Below, in pieces: positions 11,288 through 22,460 of a DNA stretch of 39,298 nucleotides. This stretch comes from Octopus bimaculoides (Eukaryota): assembly GCF_001194135.2 (NCBI RefSeq), contig NC_068983.1, positions 58,442,011 to 58,481,308 of the forward strand, read 5' to 3'. Within the stretch, counting starts at the first letter, position 1, and each line of letters begins with the position of its first letter. The notes beneath the pieces were generated by a model. It saw only the letters and a list, made by a program, of their open reading frames with translations. It had not been told where the DNA came from and did not search any database. The position numbers were made by a program, and so were the translations under genes.

Positions 11288-11482
11288 TTTTCAAAGTTTG
11301 CCACAAGGGCAGCCATTTTGAGGGGTTGTGTCGATTTCATCAACCCCAGTGTTCAACTGGTACTTAATTTATCGACCCCAAAAGGATGAAAGGCAAAGTC
11401 GACCTTGGCGGAATTCGAACTCAGAACGTAGCAACTAAGCATTTTGTCCAGCGTGCTAATTATTCTGCTGGGCTCACCACCT
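11285..11482 (-). mobile_element. SINE family A with (ATT)n tail
   Basis: Its 3' end runs into the (TAA)n array at 11201-11285. Confidence 0.9.
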
Positions 11483-11523
11483 TAATAATAATGATAATGA
11501 TGATGATAATAATAATAATGATG

Positions 11524-11600
<77 letters not shown>

Positions 11601-11604
<4 letters not shown>

Positions 11605-12102
11605 GATGGTATAGGCACATGCCAGAAAAAATCACAGAAAATGAGAAAGCAACCATACTATGGGATAAGCCAATAAACACAGAGAAATTAAGGCCAATAG
11701 GCTGGGTACAGTTGTCACAGATCATCAAGAAAAAAAATGCTTTCTAATTGATGTATCAATACCAACAGTTTACAATGTTTCTCTAAAAGAAATGGAGAAA
11801 CTTTCAAAATACAAAGACCTGGAAATAGAGGTAACTCGAATGTGGAGTCAAAAACAGAAACAATTCCTATCATAGTAGGTGCCTTAGGTATAATAAAAAA
11901 AATATTCAGACAAATACATAACAAAAACTCCAGGACTTACGAATATATATAACATACAGAAAATTTCACTACTGGGCACAGCACACATCCTATGCGAAAC
12001 AGTAAAAATAAGAGCAACACAACAAACCACAGCACATACCCAAGGCACACAGAGCTGCGCTCGGTAGTGCAGTGAAAGCACATGATAAAAATAAGACTAC
12101 TG
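11601..12102 (+). mobile_element. R4/Dong-type RLE retrotransposon, 3' fragment (family 2, second copy)
   Basis: RWYRHMPEKITENEKATILWD..CFLIDVSIPTV(fs)NVSLKEMEKLSKYKDLEIEVTRMW..IIVGALG..IQKISLLGTAHILCE; near-identical to 8965-9478; (TAA)n 11485-11600 upstream and TAA downstream. Confidence 0.9.
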
Positions 12103-12771
12103 AATAATAATAATTTGCACTCAATACAAGCAGTAATACAATAAAAGTCTGCACTGCACCTGAAGAAAAATAACTAACACAATACAATACTGGAAAGAGT
12201 TTTTGCACTCCCAACAACAGAAAAGGACACACAATACTGCACACACCCCAGCAATATGGAGGTGTAGCAGGTGATGCAGTAAGAAATTTGCCTCAAACTG
12301 CCAAATGTTGAACAATTATATAATAATCATAAAAATGGTTACATGGACCCTAAAACACACAGAAAATGTGAAACTTTCAACAAACCTTACAAAGGAATAG
12401 TGAGGGTGAAGAAAATATTTACAAAGTTTACAAATAAAAAATATATATGGCGGTGAGAGAGTTTATATATGTAAATGGACTTAAAAAAGTTTTAAAAGTA
12501 TCATTTTGCACCGAGATAAATAAGGACAGTACAATATAGCACAAAAGAAGATAAAATTTTAATAAATAAAGCGTGAAAAATTAATGGTTATGTTAAAATC
12601 AAGCACTTCACGACACTACCAATAAACCAATTCCCAAATTGTATACAGAGTGCAACAAAATTCACTAGTGAGCATTTCTGGAAACAATTGATGTTGAAAA
12701 ACTCTAGCATATTTGGAATATGTTCTGGTAAGTTCATTGTAATATCTCAGTTTTATTAATATTAATAATCG

Positions 12772-13160
12772 TAGGAGTAGGAGCGGTTGTGTGGTAAGTA
12801 GCTTTCTTTAACGACCTGTGGCACCTTGGGCAAGTGTCTTCTACTATAGCCTCAGTTTGACCAAAGCGTTGTGAGTGGATTTGGTAGATGGAAACTGAAA
12901 GAAGCCCGTCGTATATATGTATATATATGTATGTATGTGTGTATATATTTGTGTGTCTGTGTTTGTCCCTCCCCCAACATTGCTTGACAATCAACGGTGG
13001 CGTATTTACGTCCCCGTAACTTAGCGGTTCGGCAAAAGAAACTGATAGAATAAGTACTAGTCTTACAAAGAATAAGTCCTGGGGTCGATTTGCTCGACTA
13101 AAGGCAGTGCTCCAGCAGAGCCACAGTCAAATGACTGAAACAAGTAAAAGAGTAAAGAGA
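12772..13160 (+). mobile_element. SINE family B, near full length
   Basis: Head (B-box region deleted), ggcaccttgggcaagtgtcttc domain, internal (TA)n(TG)n, tail aatgactgaaacaagtaaaagagt. Confidence 0.9.
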
Positions 13161-13525
13161 GATCTCTTGATTGCTGCTTTTTGTGTCATTTTAGTTTCTG
13201 TGGCATCCTCAATGAATAAGTTTGACTAATATTTGTATTACTTTTGAAGGATGGTTAATCTTTGTCTTTCCGCACCCTTCTCATGTTTTCATTATGTTCC
13301 TGATGATGGGCATTGTTGTTGTTTCGAGACAATTGCTGCTCGTAAAGGAACTAAAGCAGAAAATACTTGGTTTGCAAAGCCATGCCTGTGTCAGACATAA
13401 CTCATCTATGTCTGTCTATTCACACACATATTAATATGCTGTGAGCAGATCTGGTCACCAGAAAGGGCACAGAGTCTATCTTAGTATGCGTATGTGAGTG
13501 TGCGCATACACACACACATGTGACC

Positions 13526-13652
13526 GGTAAATTCCGCTACGGAAAATTCCACCAGGTAAATTTCACCATGAGTAAATTCCACCATAGTAAATTCCACAAT
13601 AGTAAATTTCACCATAGTAAATTCCACCATGGTAAATTTCACCATAGGTGAA

Positions 13653-13683
<31 letters not shown>

Positions 13684-14243
13684 GGGTTATGATATTATGG
13701 AAAAAGAATGAATAAAAATAATGTCAATGAATTCAAAAAATGCGAGGGAGAAAAGATAGTTAAGGAACAGTCACACAAAAAATATATGGTGAATACTTTA
13801 AACACCTGAATGAGGAAGAAGTATCAAAAAGAGACTCATGGAAATTTATAAAACAAAGTAAATACTTAATGAGAGATAAAAATATTGTACAGTATTTACA
13901 AGACAGAAACAACTACTATGGAAGAAAAAAGGCTTGTTGATATTGTAAAAAATGAAGGAAATATATAATATATGCAATACAATGTGGAAAAATAGCACAC
14001 ATGAAATATAAGAGAGACACGATGAGATAACCAAGAACAGAAAATCAGAAACGTGCAAATAGAAAAGGTAACAACAAGTGAAAAGTTCAAGATTTGTGTA
14101 GATAGCTCAGTAATAACACCAAACCATATAGAAAACAATAAACCCGATATTACAATATCTGACCATGAAAGAGAAGAAACAATAATAATTGAAATTGGAA
14201 TAACATCGGTTCCTGGGTGGAATTTACCACGGGGGAATATACC
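13526..14243. mobile_element. TIR element with 15-bp subterminal tandem repeats (foldback/Mutator-like)
   Basis: About eight ggtaaattccaccat-type units at 13526-13645; inverted copy ggtggaatttaccacgggggaatatacc at 14216-14243. No clear TSD. Confidence 0.6.
13681..14207 (+). mobile_element. Divergent RLE non-LTR retrotransposon fragment
   Basis: HKKIYGEYF..QDRN..YCKK..QCGKIAHMKYKR(fs)HDEITK..IENNKPDITISDHEREETIIIEIGITS (CCHC linker plus the PD..E motif of the restriction-like endonuclease). Confidence 0.8.
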
Positions 14244-14284
14244 CCCCCACACACACACACATATACATATATAAAAATATGTGA

Positions 14285-14475
14285 TTGATCACTAGCCACT
14301 AAACCTTTTTTGTATTTTCTCTCCCTGTTTATTTCTGTGTCCCTTTCTGTGGAAGAGCGTAGGTTCGAAACGTAAAAGACTTTCTCACCTTCCCGAGCGT
14401 TAAACTAATACATCTGTTTGTTGTTTACACACCCGTCTTCGTCTTTTGTTTTGTTTTTTATTTGTAAATTCCAAC
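14285..14475 (+). mobile_element. Probable Penelope-like terminal remnant with hammerhead-like motif
   Basis: cttt CTGTGGA a gagc gtag gttc GAAA cg TA aaag at 14343-14378. Confidence 0.45.
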
Positions 14476-14804
14476 TATATATATATACACAAATATCTAT
14501 ATACACATGCATAAATATATATATGTTTGTAGATCAAGCTGTTCCTGAAAAAAGGATACATTAAAAACTCATCAAATTTAGCCCGAACACCCTGTATGAT
14601 TATGTATATATATATATTCATACATATGTATGTATGTATGTATGTGTGTACGTACATATGTATGTATGCATGTATTTATATGCCTTGTATATATCTTGAT
14701 ACCACGTGCTATTTGTAAGCAAAGTTACTGTTATGTAAATGGTGTAATTCTGTTGCACTGTCGTAAATATGTCCTGGAAAGTGAAAAGTACACCTTATTT
14801 GGAA

Positions 14805-14920
14805 AAAGATAAGGGTTGGCAAGAGGGAGCACATCCAGCTGTAGATTTGTGCCTCAATATACTTTCGTCTGATTCATGAAAGCATGGGAGAGTAGATGTT
14901 AAAACTATGAAGATGATAAT
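14805..14920 (+). mobile_element. SINE family C-related 3' fragment
   Basis: ggttggcaagagggagcacatccagctgtaga..agcatgggagagtagatgttaaaac. Confidence 0.65.
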
Positions 14921-15036
14921 ACATGAGGAAAATGCTAGCAAGGTCCCTTACATTAACTCAAAGGTCGAAATTTGGGAGGTGTCAGCAATCGATTATTTTG
15001 AACTCAATAATTGACAGATAATTGATTTTATACTGT

Positions 15037-15098
<62 letters not shown>

Positions 15099-16474
15099 CA
15101 TATTATATTTGCAAAATGAAATACTGTGTCCTTGCTAGCACTTGATATTTACGTACCAGCTGCCGGAGTTGTGTTTTAATATATAAATCAGTCTATCCAA
15201 CAGCATTACACCACCAAATTTAGTGGGTGTTTAAGCAATGCATTCGTGGACAGTTGCTGGGTTGGATGCGGTGCTGATGGAAGAGCAATAACTCTTGATA
15301 TATTCATATACATCCATTATCTACTTTTCTGTCTTTGATAGCATTATTTACACAAACGCATTCATATACGAACCGTCGTAACGTTTAGCGATAGCAGTGA
15401 ATTCTATATAAAATCTGCAGAGATAAACTTAAGAATGAGAACGACCTTAATACGTTACTGATCATATTTACTGGCATCGTGTCTACGTTGGTGTGAAAGA
15501 TAAAATCCACCTCAGCAAGATTTGAAATTTTATCTTAGTTTTCGTTTTCGTTTTGTTGCAATGTGGTAAATCTGAACACTGTAAAACATTTAGTGCAACA
15601 TTCCATTGTTTCTGCCAACTTATTGCTTTAACTGATCTTTAAAATACGATTTACAAATAACAAATATGGTTACAAGATCTTTTTCTACGTTTATTACACC
15701 CCCAAGACAGTGGACGGTCTGTACACTTGATATCTTACTGTCTAGTTTGATTGATGTGTTCACAAACCTTGCCAAACACTTGTTTTTCACTAACTTTTAC
15801 CCCGTAGCCAGCTTCAAGAATCAATCACTGTTGTTTGATATGTGAATTGAAATTTTGATTTCTTGCTTTCATTCATTCATTCTTTCTTTACTTCTCCCAA
15901 TACTACTACTACTATTACCTGCTTTTTGCTGATTTTCGCTAAACAATTGCAACAACATTATATTGATTTTTGATGTCAGTTCTATAGAATGGTGCCATCC
16001 ATAAAACGTAAAGTGCTGGAATGTCATGGTTTCTATGCAGTTTTGATCCTTGCTTTATAACTATTTTACACAACTGCATTCTTTCTTGATGCATACTTTC
16101 TACCCAAGCTTAAAACAATTCACACCAATCACTTGCTATGTCATCTTCATATTTTTTTGCAATATGGTAGAGAACAATTGTCAAGTAAACTCAACCTGGC
16201 ACATATTATTAAAATATTTTATTATTTTCTTCATTAATTTCTTGCACAAGTACATAGTAGTCTACAAGGAAGAAATTTTAGCACTTGCTGCGTGGTTATG
16301 AATTTTCCAAGACTGTTTGAGACGTTGGTGGGGAGAATTTTCTTGGACTTAATAATATCAGATAACACACCTGGAACTCCGGATGTGAACATTCATTTGT
16401 CCATGTTCCCCAAACGACTATACAACATGTAATATAGAAGGCTTATTTGTGCAGACGCATCTACATAGATGCAG

Positions 16475-16643
16475 GCATGGGTGTGTGGTTAAGAAGTGTG
16501 CTCCTGAACTACTTGGATCAGGTTCAGTTCTGCTGTGCTGCATCTTTGGCGAGTGTCTTCTACCATAGTTACTGGCCGACCAAGAATTTCTGAATGAATT
16601 TGGTACAGAGAAACTGAAAGTAACTCATCATGTGTGTCTGTAT

Positions 16644-16690
<47 letters not shown>
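16475..16690 (+). mobile_element. SINE family B 5' half
   Basis: gtgtgtggttaagaag..caggttcagttc..gagtgtcttctaccatag..gaaactgaaag; runs into (CA)n and the gap at 16691-16738. Confidence 0.8.
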
Positions 16691-16738
16691 NNNNNNNNNN
16701 NNNNNNNNNNNNNNNNNNNNNNNNNNNNNNNNNNNNNN

Positions 16739-16771
<33 letters not shown>

Positions 16772-16934
16772 AGTAATATATATATAATATGTATATAATA
16801 TACTTATATACATTTCTGTCCTGATATACCATGTTAGTTGTAAATGAGTGTCACCATCATACAAGCATGGTCGTTCATTTCCATTATTCTGCAAACCGTA
16901 TCTAAACAAATTTTTACCTTACTTGAAAACAGAC

Positions 16935-17070
16935 AAGGATTGATGACAGGAAGAATATGCAGTCATAAAGAATTTGCCTCAGTAGACTCAGTCCAATCCA
17001 TACTAGCATGGAAAAGTGGACATTAAAACGATGACGGGCATGATGATGATGATGATGATGATGATGATGT
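16935..17070 (+). mobile_element. SINE family C-related 3' fragment
   Basis: ccaatccatactagcatggaaaagtggacattaaaacgatg followed by (GAT)n. Confidence 0.7.
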
Positions 17071-17674
17071 ATGAGAGGGAGAAATGAGACTGTAAAACAC
17101 TGAGGCTTTCCTCTTAAAATATTATTGAAACATGAGAGAACCAAATTTGTTGGATTGCTAATTTAATATTTTATTTTCTCGGAGTTTAATCTCTTGTGTG
17201 ACTACTGCTCTTTGAATGTTATTTATGAAAATATTATTTTTAAAATTTCTCCTCTATGAGAGCAAATAATATGATTCAGCAATACAATATTGAAATGGGA
17301 AAACTGCAAAGCCAAAGGTCAACTTCAGCCCTCTGAAAAATCAGCATTTAGTGTTTCTTGATTACTGCAGTTCTTTTAATTTTCCTGAGAAATCCTTCAT
17401 GTACCATTTTCAGCATGCCTTTTGGCTAATAATACCATTATGTTATGTATCATTTTCCTCTGCAGTTTCTCTACAAATAATAGAGACAGGCAGTATGAGT
17501 TTCTATTGATGATATATATATATATACATCAAGATTATATATCTTATTGTTTGACATTCGTTTAAACAAGTGTCTAATCCACATACACTGATTAACAGGG
17601 AGTATACTTTTACCACCATGGGTAATATCAAGAAACATGGTGTGTATAGATGTATGTATATATTCTCATGTTCT

Positions 17675-18525
17675 TATACTGGTTTCACTCATTTGACTGC
17701 GGCTATGCTGGAACACCACTTTTAGTTGAATGAATCGACCCCAGGACTTATTATTTGTAAGTCTAGTACTTGTTCTATCAGTCTCTTTTGACGAACCACT
17801 AGATTACAGGAATGTAAACACAACAAAATCGGTTGTCAAGCGATGGTGGGAGGCGAAAACAGACACACAAACATATATACACATATATATATATATATAT
17901 ATANNNNNNNNNNNNNNNNNNNNNNNNNNNNNNNNNNNNNNNNNNNNNNNNNNNNNNNNNNNNNNNNNNNNNNNNNNNNNNNNNNNNNNNNNNNNNNNNN
18001 NNNNNNNNNNNNNNNNNNNNNNNNNNNNNNNNNNNNNNNNNNNNNNNNNNNNNNNNNNNNNNNNNNNNNNNNNNNNNNNNNNNNNNNNNNNNNNNNNNNN
18101 NNNNNNNNNNNNNNNNNNNNNNNNNNNNNNNNNNNNNNNNNNNNNNNNNNNNNNNNNNNNNNNNNNNNNNNNNNNNNNNNNNNNNNNNNNNNNNNNNNNN
18201 NNNNNNNNNNNNNNNNNNNNNNNNNNNNNNNNNNNNNNNNNNNNNNNNNNNNNNNNNNNNNNNNNNNNNNNNNNNNNNNNNNNNNNNNNNNNNNNNNNNN
18301 NNNNNNNNNNNNNNNNNNNNNNNNNNNNNNNNNNNNNNNNNNNNNNNNNNNNNNNNNNNNNNNNNNNNNNNNNNNNNNNNNNNNNNNNNNNNNNNNNNNN
18401 NNNNNNNNNNNNNNNNNNNNNNNNNNNNTAGAAGACACTTTCCCAAAGTGCCATGCAGTAGGACTGAACCCAGAACTTTGTGATTGGTAAGCAAGCTACT
18501 TACCACACAGCCACGCCTGCGCCTA
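17675..18525 (-). mobile_element. SINE family B split by a 525-N gap (17904-18428)
   Basis: 3' half lies left of the gap and 5' half with head lies right of it; the gap sits on the internal (TA)n. Confidence 0.85.
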
Positions 18526-18900
18526 TCGTGGCACTCTGAGGGTTACGACGATGAGGGTGCCAGTTGATCTGATGAATGGAACAGCCTGCTCATGAAATTA
18601 ACGTGTAATTGGCTGAGCACTCCACAGACATATGTACCCTTAACGTAGTTCTCAGGGAGATTCAACGGGACACAGTGTGAGAAGACTGGCCCTTGGAAAT
18701 ACAGGTACAACATGAACAGAAAGAAAGAGTGGGAGAAAGTTAGGTGAAAGAGGAGAGCAGGGTTAACCACCATCCCCTGCCAGAGCCTTGTGGTGCTTTT
18801 GCTGTTTACGCTCAATAAACACTCACAACACCTGGTCTAGAAATCGAAACGGCAATCTTTTGACCGCGAGTCCGCTGCCCCAACCATTGGGCTATTACAC
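18526..18900 (-). mobile_element. SINE family D variant (tRNA head, different body, same tail)
   Basis: Head gcccaatggttggggcagcggactcgcggtc..gtttcgatttc; tail aagggtacatatgtctgtggagtgctcagcc..gatcaactggcaccctcatcgtcgtaacc. Confidence 0.85.
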
Positions 18901-19274
18901 CCCCCACCCACATATATATATATAAAAATAGTACATAGCTCATAATGCTGGCAGCACAATGTTTGTGAGTTTCATTTCCTAGACTACTGACTATACAGTT
19001 GCAAATTCAGCCGTTGTACTATGTGGGCGTTGGTCAAAGTTCAAAACAGTTTGCTTCAGTCTGCTTGATTGATATAAACTATAACTTCACAGTTGAATGG
19101 TTAGAGAGAGGGAGAGAGAGAAACAGACAGGCAGACAGACAGACGGAGACAGAGAGACAAAAGAGCATCGAACTGTAAAAAGCAATTCCTTTAATTAAAA
19201 AATTAACAATAATAATAATAACAATAATACTAATAGTAATAATTATAATAATTTCTATCAGAACAATAATAATC

Positions 19275-19715
19275 CTTTTTACTAAAGGCACAAGGCCTGA
19301 AATTTTGGGGCATGGGATTAGTTGAGTACTTCGACCCCAGTGTTCCACTGCTACTTAATTTATCGACTCCGAAAGAATAAAAGGCAAAGTCGACTTCGGT
19401 GAAATTTGAACTCAGAACTTAGTAATGGCCGAAATACTGTTAAGTATATCGTTCAGCTTGTTAACGATTCTGCCAGCTCGCCACCTTACAACAACAACAA
19501 TAATAATGATGACGATTTGAAATTTTGGCACAAGGCCAGGAATTTTTAGAAAGGAGCTAAGTCAATTACATGGACCCCAGTACTTAACTGGTATTCGTTT
19601 TATCAACCCCAAAGATGAAAGGCAAAGTTGAACTCAGCGGCATTTGAACTCAGAACGTGAAAAGAGAGAAAGTATCACTAAGCATTTTGCTTGGCATATC
19701 AACGATTCTGCCTGC
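19275..19715 (-). mobile_element. Two tandem SINE family A copies
   Basis: 19275-19488 and 19515-19715, both with the ccttgtgcc..(att)n-type tail. Confidence 0.85.
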
Positions 19716-20059
19716 TTGATGTCTTAATTAGTTGTTTAATAATAATAATGATAATAACAACAACAATAATAATGTAGAATAAACCTGACTCATTGATGCA
19801 GAAATGGAAAATTGGATGCAACACAACAAAAATGAGAAAAATAACAATTAGAGTATAAAAAATATATACCAAGAATAAGATAAACATAACAAGCCTGACC
19901 ATTCTCATCGAAATTGTAAGCATGGAACAATCTTAACTGATCCTCCCTTTCTATGTTAAGACTCAAAAGAAAATGAAGGAAAATATTTAATACATAAAAC
20001 AAAATAGAGATATGAAGAGAGATCCGGTGAGCTGTTTCAAGTAGTTCTGTAACATTGTT

Positions 20060-20283
20060 GTTATTGTTTGGGGTGATGAGGCGGTTGGATCGTTTGCATG
20101 CTGGGTAAAATGCTTACCAGCATTTCGTCTGTATTCGGTTCTGAGTTCTAATTCCGCTGCGGTCGACTTTGCCTTTCTACCTTTCAGGGTTGATAGAATA
20201 GATGTCATTTCAGCCCTGGGGTTGATGCAATCAACCTACACCCTCCCTTGAAATTCCTGGCCTTGTACCAAAATTTTGAAACC
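20060..20283 (+). mobile_element. SINE family A
   Basis: ttctgagttctaattccgctgcggtcgactttgcctt..ggccttgtaccaaaattttgaaacc. Confidence 0.85.
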
Positions 20284-20430
20284 ATTATCATCATTAATAT
20301 CATCTTCATCATCATTATTATTATTTTACTTCCCAGAATGTTCTGTCTTGTTTGACCTAGTAGATTCTGTGATAGCAGAGTGCTGTGAGAGGTCTCATCA
20401 TTATTATTATCATTATTATTATCATTATTA

Positions 20431-20470
<40 letters not shown>

Positions 20471-20499
20471 TATTATTATTGATATCATTATTATCGTTA

Positions 20500-21321
20500 T
20501 TTACTTTTAATCTGCACGTTTGTTAAACTCACTCGCTGAGACACACCCAGCATCCTAGGGCAAGTGAAGGATAAGAGATGTTACAGTATGACTGAAAGCT
20601 TGGGGAAGGGAAGTGGCAGGGGCAGTAGCGAAATATCTTCAGGTAATACAAGACAACCATTTAAATGGTCAGGGTTTTTCTAAGGTTGTGGGCAGTACTT
20701 GTCAGCACAATCTTTTGGATTTCTCTGAGACATGTTTCTCCTGGGATATTTTCCAGATGTTTTTGACTTCCTTTTCTTATTATACCTAGGACACCCACAA
20801 TATCAGGGACAGTTCTCGCTTTAAGATGCCACTTCTTTTGTATTTCAATTTCCAGGTCCTTATATTTACTTAATTTGTCGAATTCCTTTCCAGATATATT
20901 TTTATCAGTGGGAACACCTGCATCTATTAGTCTACAAGTATTTTCTTCCGCGTCTTTAATGACTATATCTGGTCAATTAGCCTTGATCATTCTGTCAGTG
21001 TTGACTAGAAAATCCCAGAGGATAGTAACATGTTTACCTTCAATGACTGGCTCCGGATGATGTTTATACCAGTAAGCAGGAGTGTTTATTTTGTAGTGTT
21101 TACATATTTTCCGATGTAAATACTGTCCTACCCTATTGTGATGATTTTATATTCACTTAGTGTCAGCACAGGATATCCTGAGACAAGATGGTTTATTGTT
21201 TACCAAATATATCACAGAATCTGCATTTAGGGTCAGAATTATTTTGAAGAACGTTGACCTGTTAGTTTTTGGTAAGCAAGCTTTGGTCCTGTGCGGCTAA
21301 TATGAAACCTTCAGTCTCTGC
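20500..21321 (-). mobile_element. R4/Dong-type RLE retrotransposon, 3' fragment
   Basis: AETEGFILAAQDQSL..DPKCRFCD..TINHLVSG..WYKHHPEPV..ILWDF..AN*PDIVIKD..RLIDAGVPTDKNI..KLSKYKDLEIE..VGVLG..EIQKIVLTSTAHNLRK; (TAA)n on the element sense strand at both ends (20390-20500, 21322-21342). Confidence 0.92.
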
Positions 21322-21434
21322 TATTATTATTATTATTATTATATGTTTGACTTTTGCTTTGTATTTGTACAAGTTGACTCCAAGTCTCACCCAGAGATAG
21401 ATAGATAGATACATACATACATACATACATACAT

Positions 21435-21865
21435 AACTTTCTTTATTAACCACACAGGTCCAAACACAGAGGGGACAAAATACAATGTAGAGCTTTTCTT
21501 TTCAACTGAAAAAGGGGAAAATAGAGAAAAAAAGAAGAAAATAAATTTCCGATCAAAAGGGATCATGTAATAAAAATAAAATGATTAAAAGGGATCGTGT
21601 ATCACAGTAAAAGAGTAAAAATGTGAAAAAACACATTAGGTTTATTCTGTGGAGAGAAAAGCCTACAAAAAGACCAGGGTAAGACCACAAAAGTATATCA
21701 GAGTGAAGTACTCTCTTTCGCTTTCTCTTTGGTTCATAGGACTATACTCAAGGTGGCTCCGTCATTCACACATGCCATCCTTGCTACATTCACCCATCTT
21801 TTCATGAAACATTCACTAGACGAAACTTTCCTCTCTACTCTCACCTTCCTCTTCAAGTGATACTT
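21435..21865 (-). mobile_element. L1/Tx1-type LINE 3' end (ORF2 C-terminus, 3' UTR, AATAAA)
   Basis: KYHLKRKVRVERKVSSSECFMKRWVNVARMACVNDGATLSIVL* at 21865-21734; UTR ends tttgtcccctctgtgtttggacctgtgtggttaataaagaaag. Clade call rests on motif recall. Confidence 0.7.
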
Positions 21866-21994
21866 AGATTAGATAGATGGATGGATGGATTGACTGCTCC
21901 TTTTCTACATCTCTAGAATCGGTTGTCTCAGAAAAATATACAGATTCATCATACAATTGTTGAAAATAACCATGGAATTTCCACGTGCACTGCT

Positions 21995-22013
21995 AGTTTA
22001 TTATTACTATTAC

Positions 22014-22092
<79 letters not shown>

Positions 22093-22093
22093 T

Positions 22094-22126
<33 letters not shown>

Positions 22127-22177
22127 CTAGTAGTAGTAGTAGTAGTAGTACTACTAGTAGTAGTAGTAGTAGTAGTT

Positions 22178-22222
<45 letters not shown>

Positions 22223-22245
22223 ATAGTAGTAGTAGTAGTAGTAGT
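21995..22245. repeat. (TTA)n/(GTA)n microsatellite
   Basis: Direct repeats. Confidence 0.95.
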
Positions 22246-22435
22246 AGAGCTGGCAGACTCGTTAGTGCACCAGATGAAATGCTTAGCTGGTATTTCAGCC
22301 GTCGCTATATTCTGAGTTCAACCTCTGTCAAGGTTGACTTTTGGAGTCGATAACATAAATACCAATTGAACACTGAGGTTGATTTAATCGACTCATCCTT
22401 TCTTCCAAGATGGCTGCCAAAATTCAAAACCATTA
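22240..22435 (+). mobile_element. SINE family A
   Basis: gagctggcagactcgttagtgcacc..ttctgagttcaac. Confidence 0.8.
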
Positions 22436-22460
22436 TTATTGTTGTCGTTGTTGTTATTGT

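Noticed and set aside
15274-15300. ctgatggaagagcaataactcttgata hammerhead-like string
   Set aside because: The GAAA core is altered and no stem I or III can be formed.
7750-15416. Minus-strand exon-like segments (about 15416-15354 FYIEFTAIAKRYDGSYMNAF; 13345-13250; 12678-12630 MLTSEFCCTLYTIWEL; 7820-7750 EFPLRYNWFYMFVLWLVKRVELWE)
   Set aside because: Splice signals are moderate, the phases do not chain into one consistent ORF, and no homologue was recognised.
16320-16430. GRIFLDLIISDNTPG, reminiscent of a LINE AP-endonuclease motif
   Set aside because: No recognisable GDFN or SDH motifs in frame; too short and degenerate to call.
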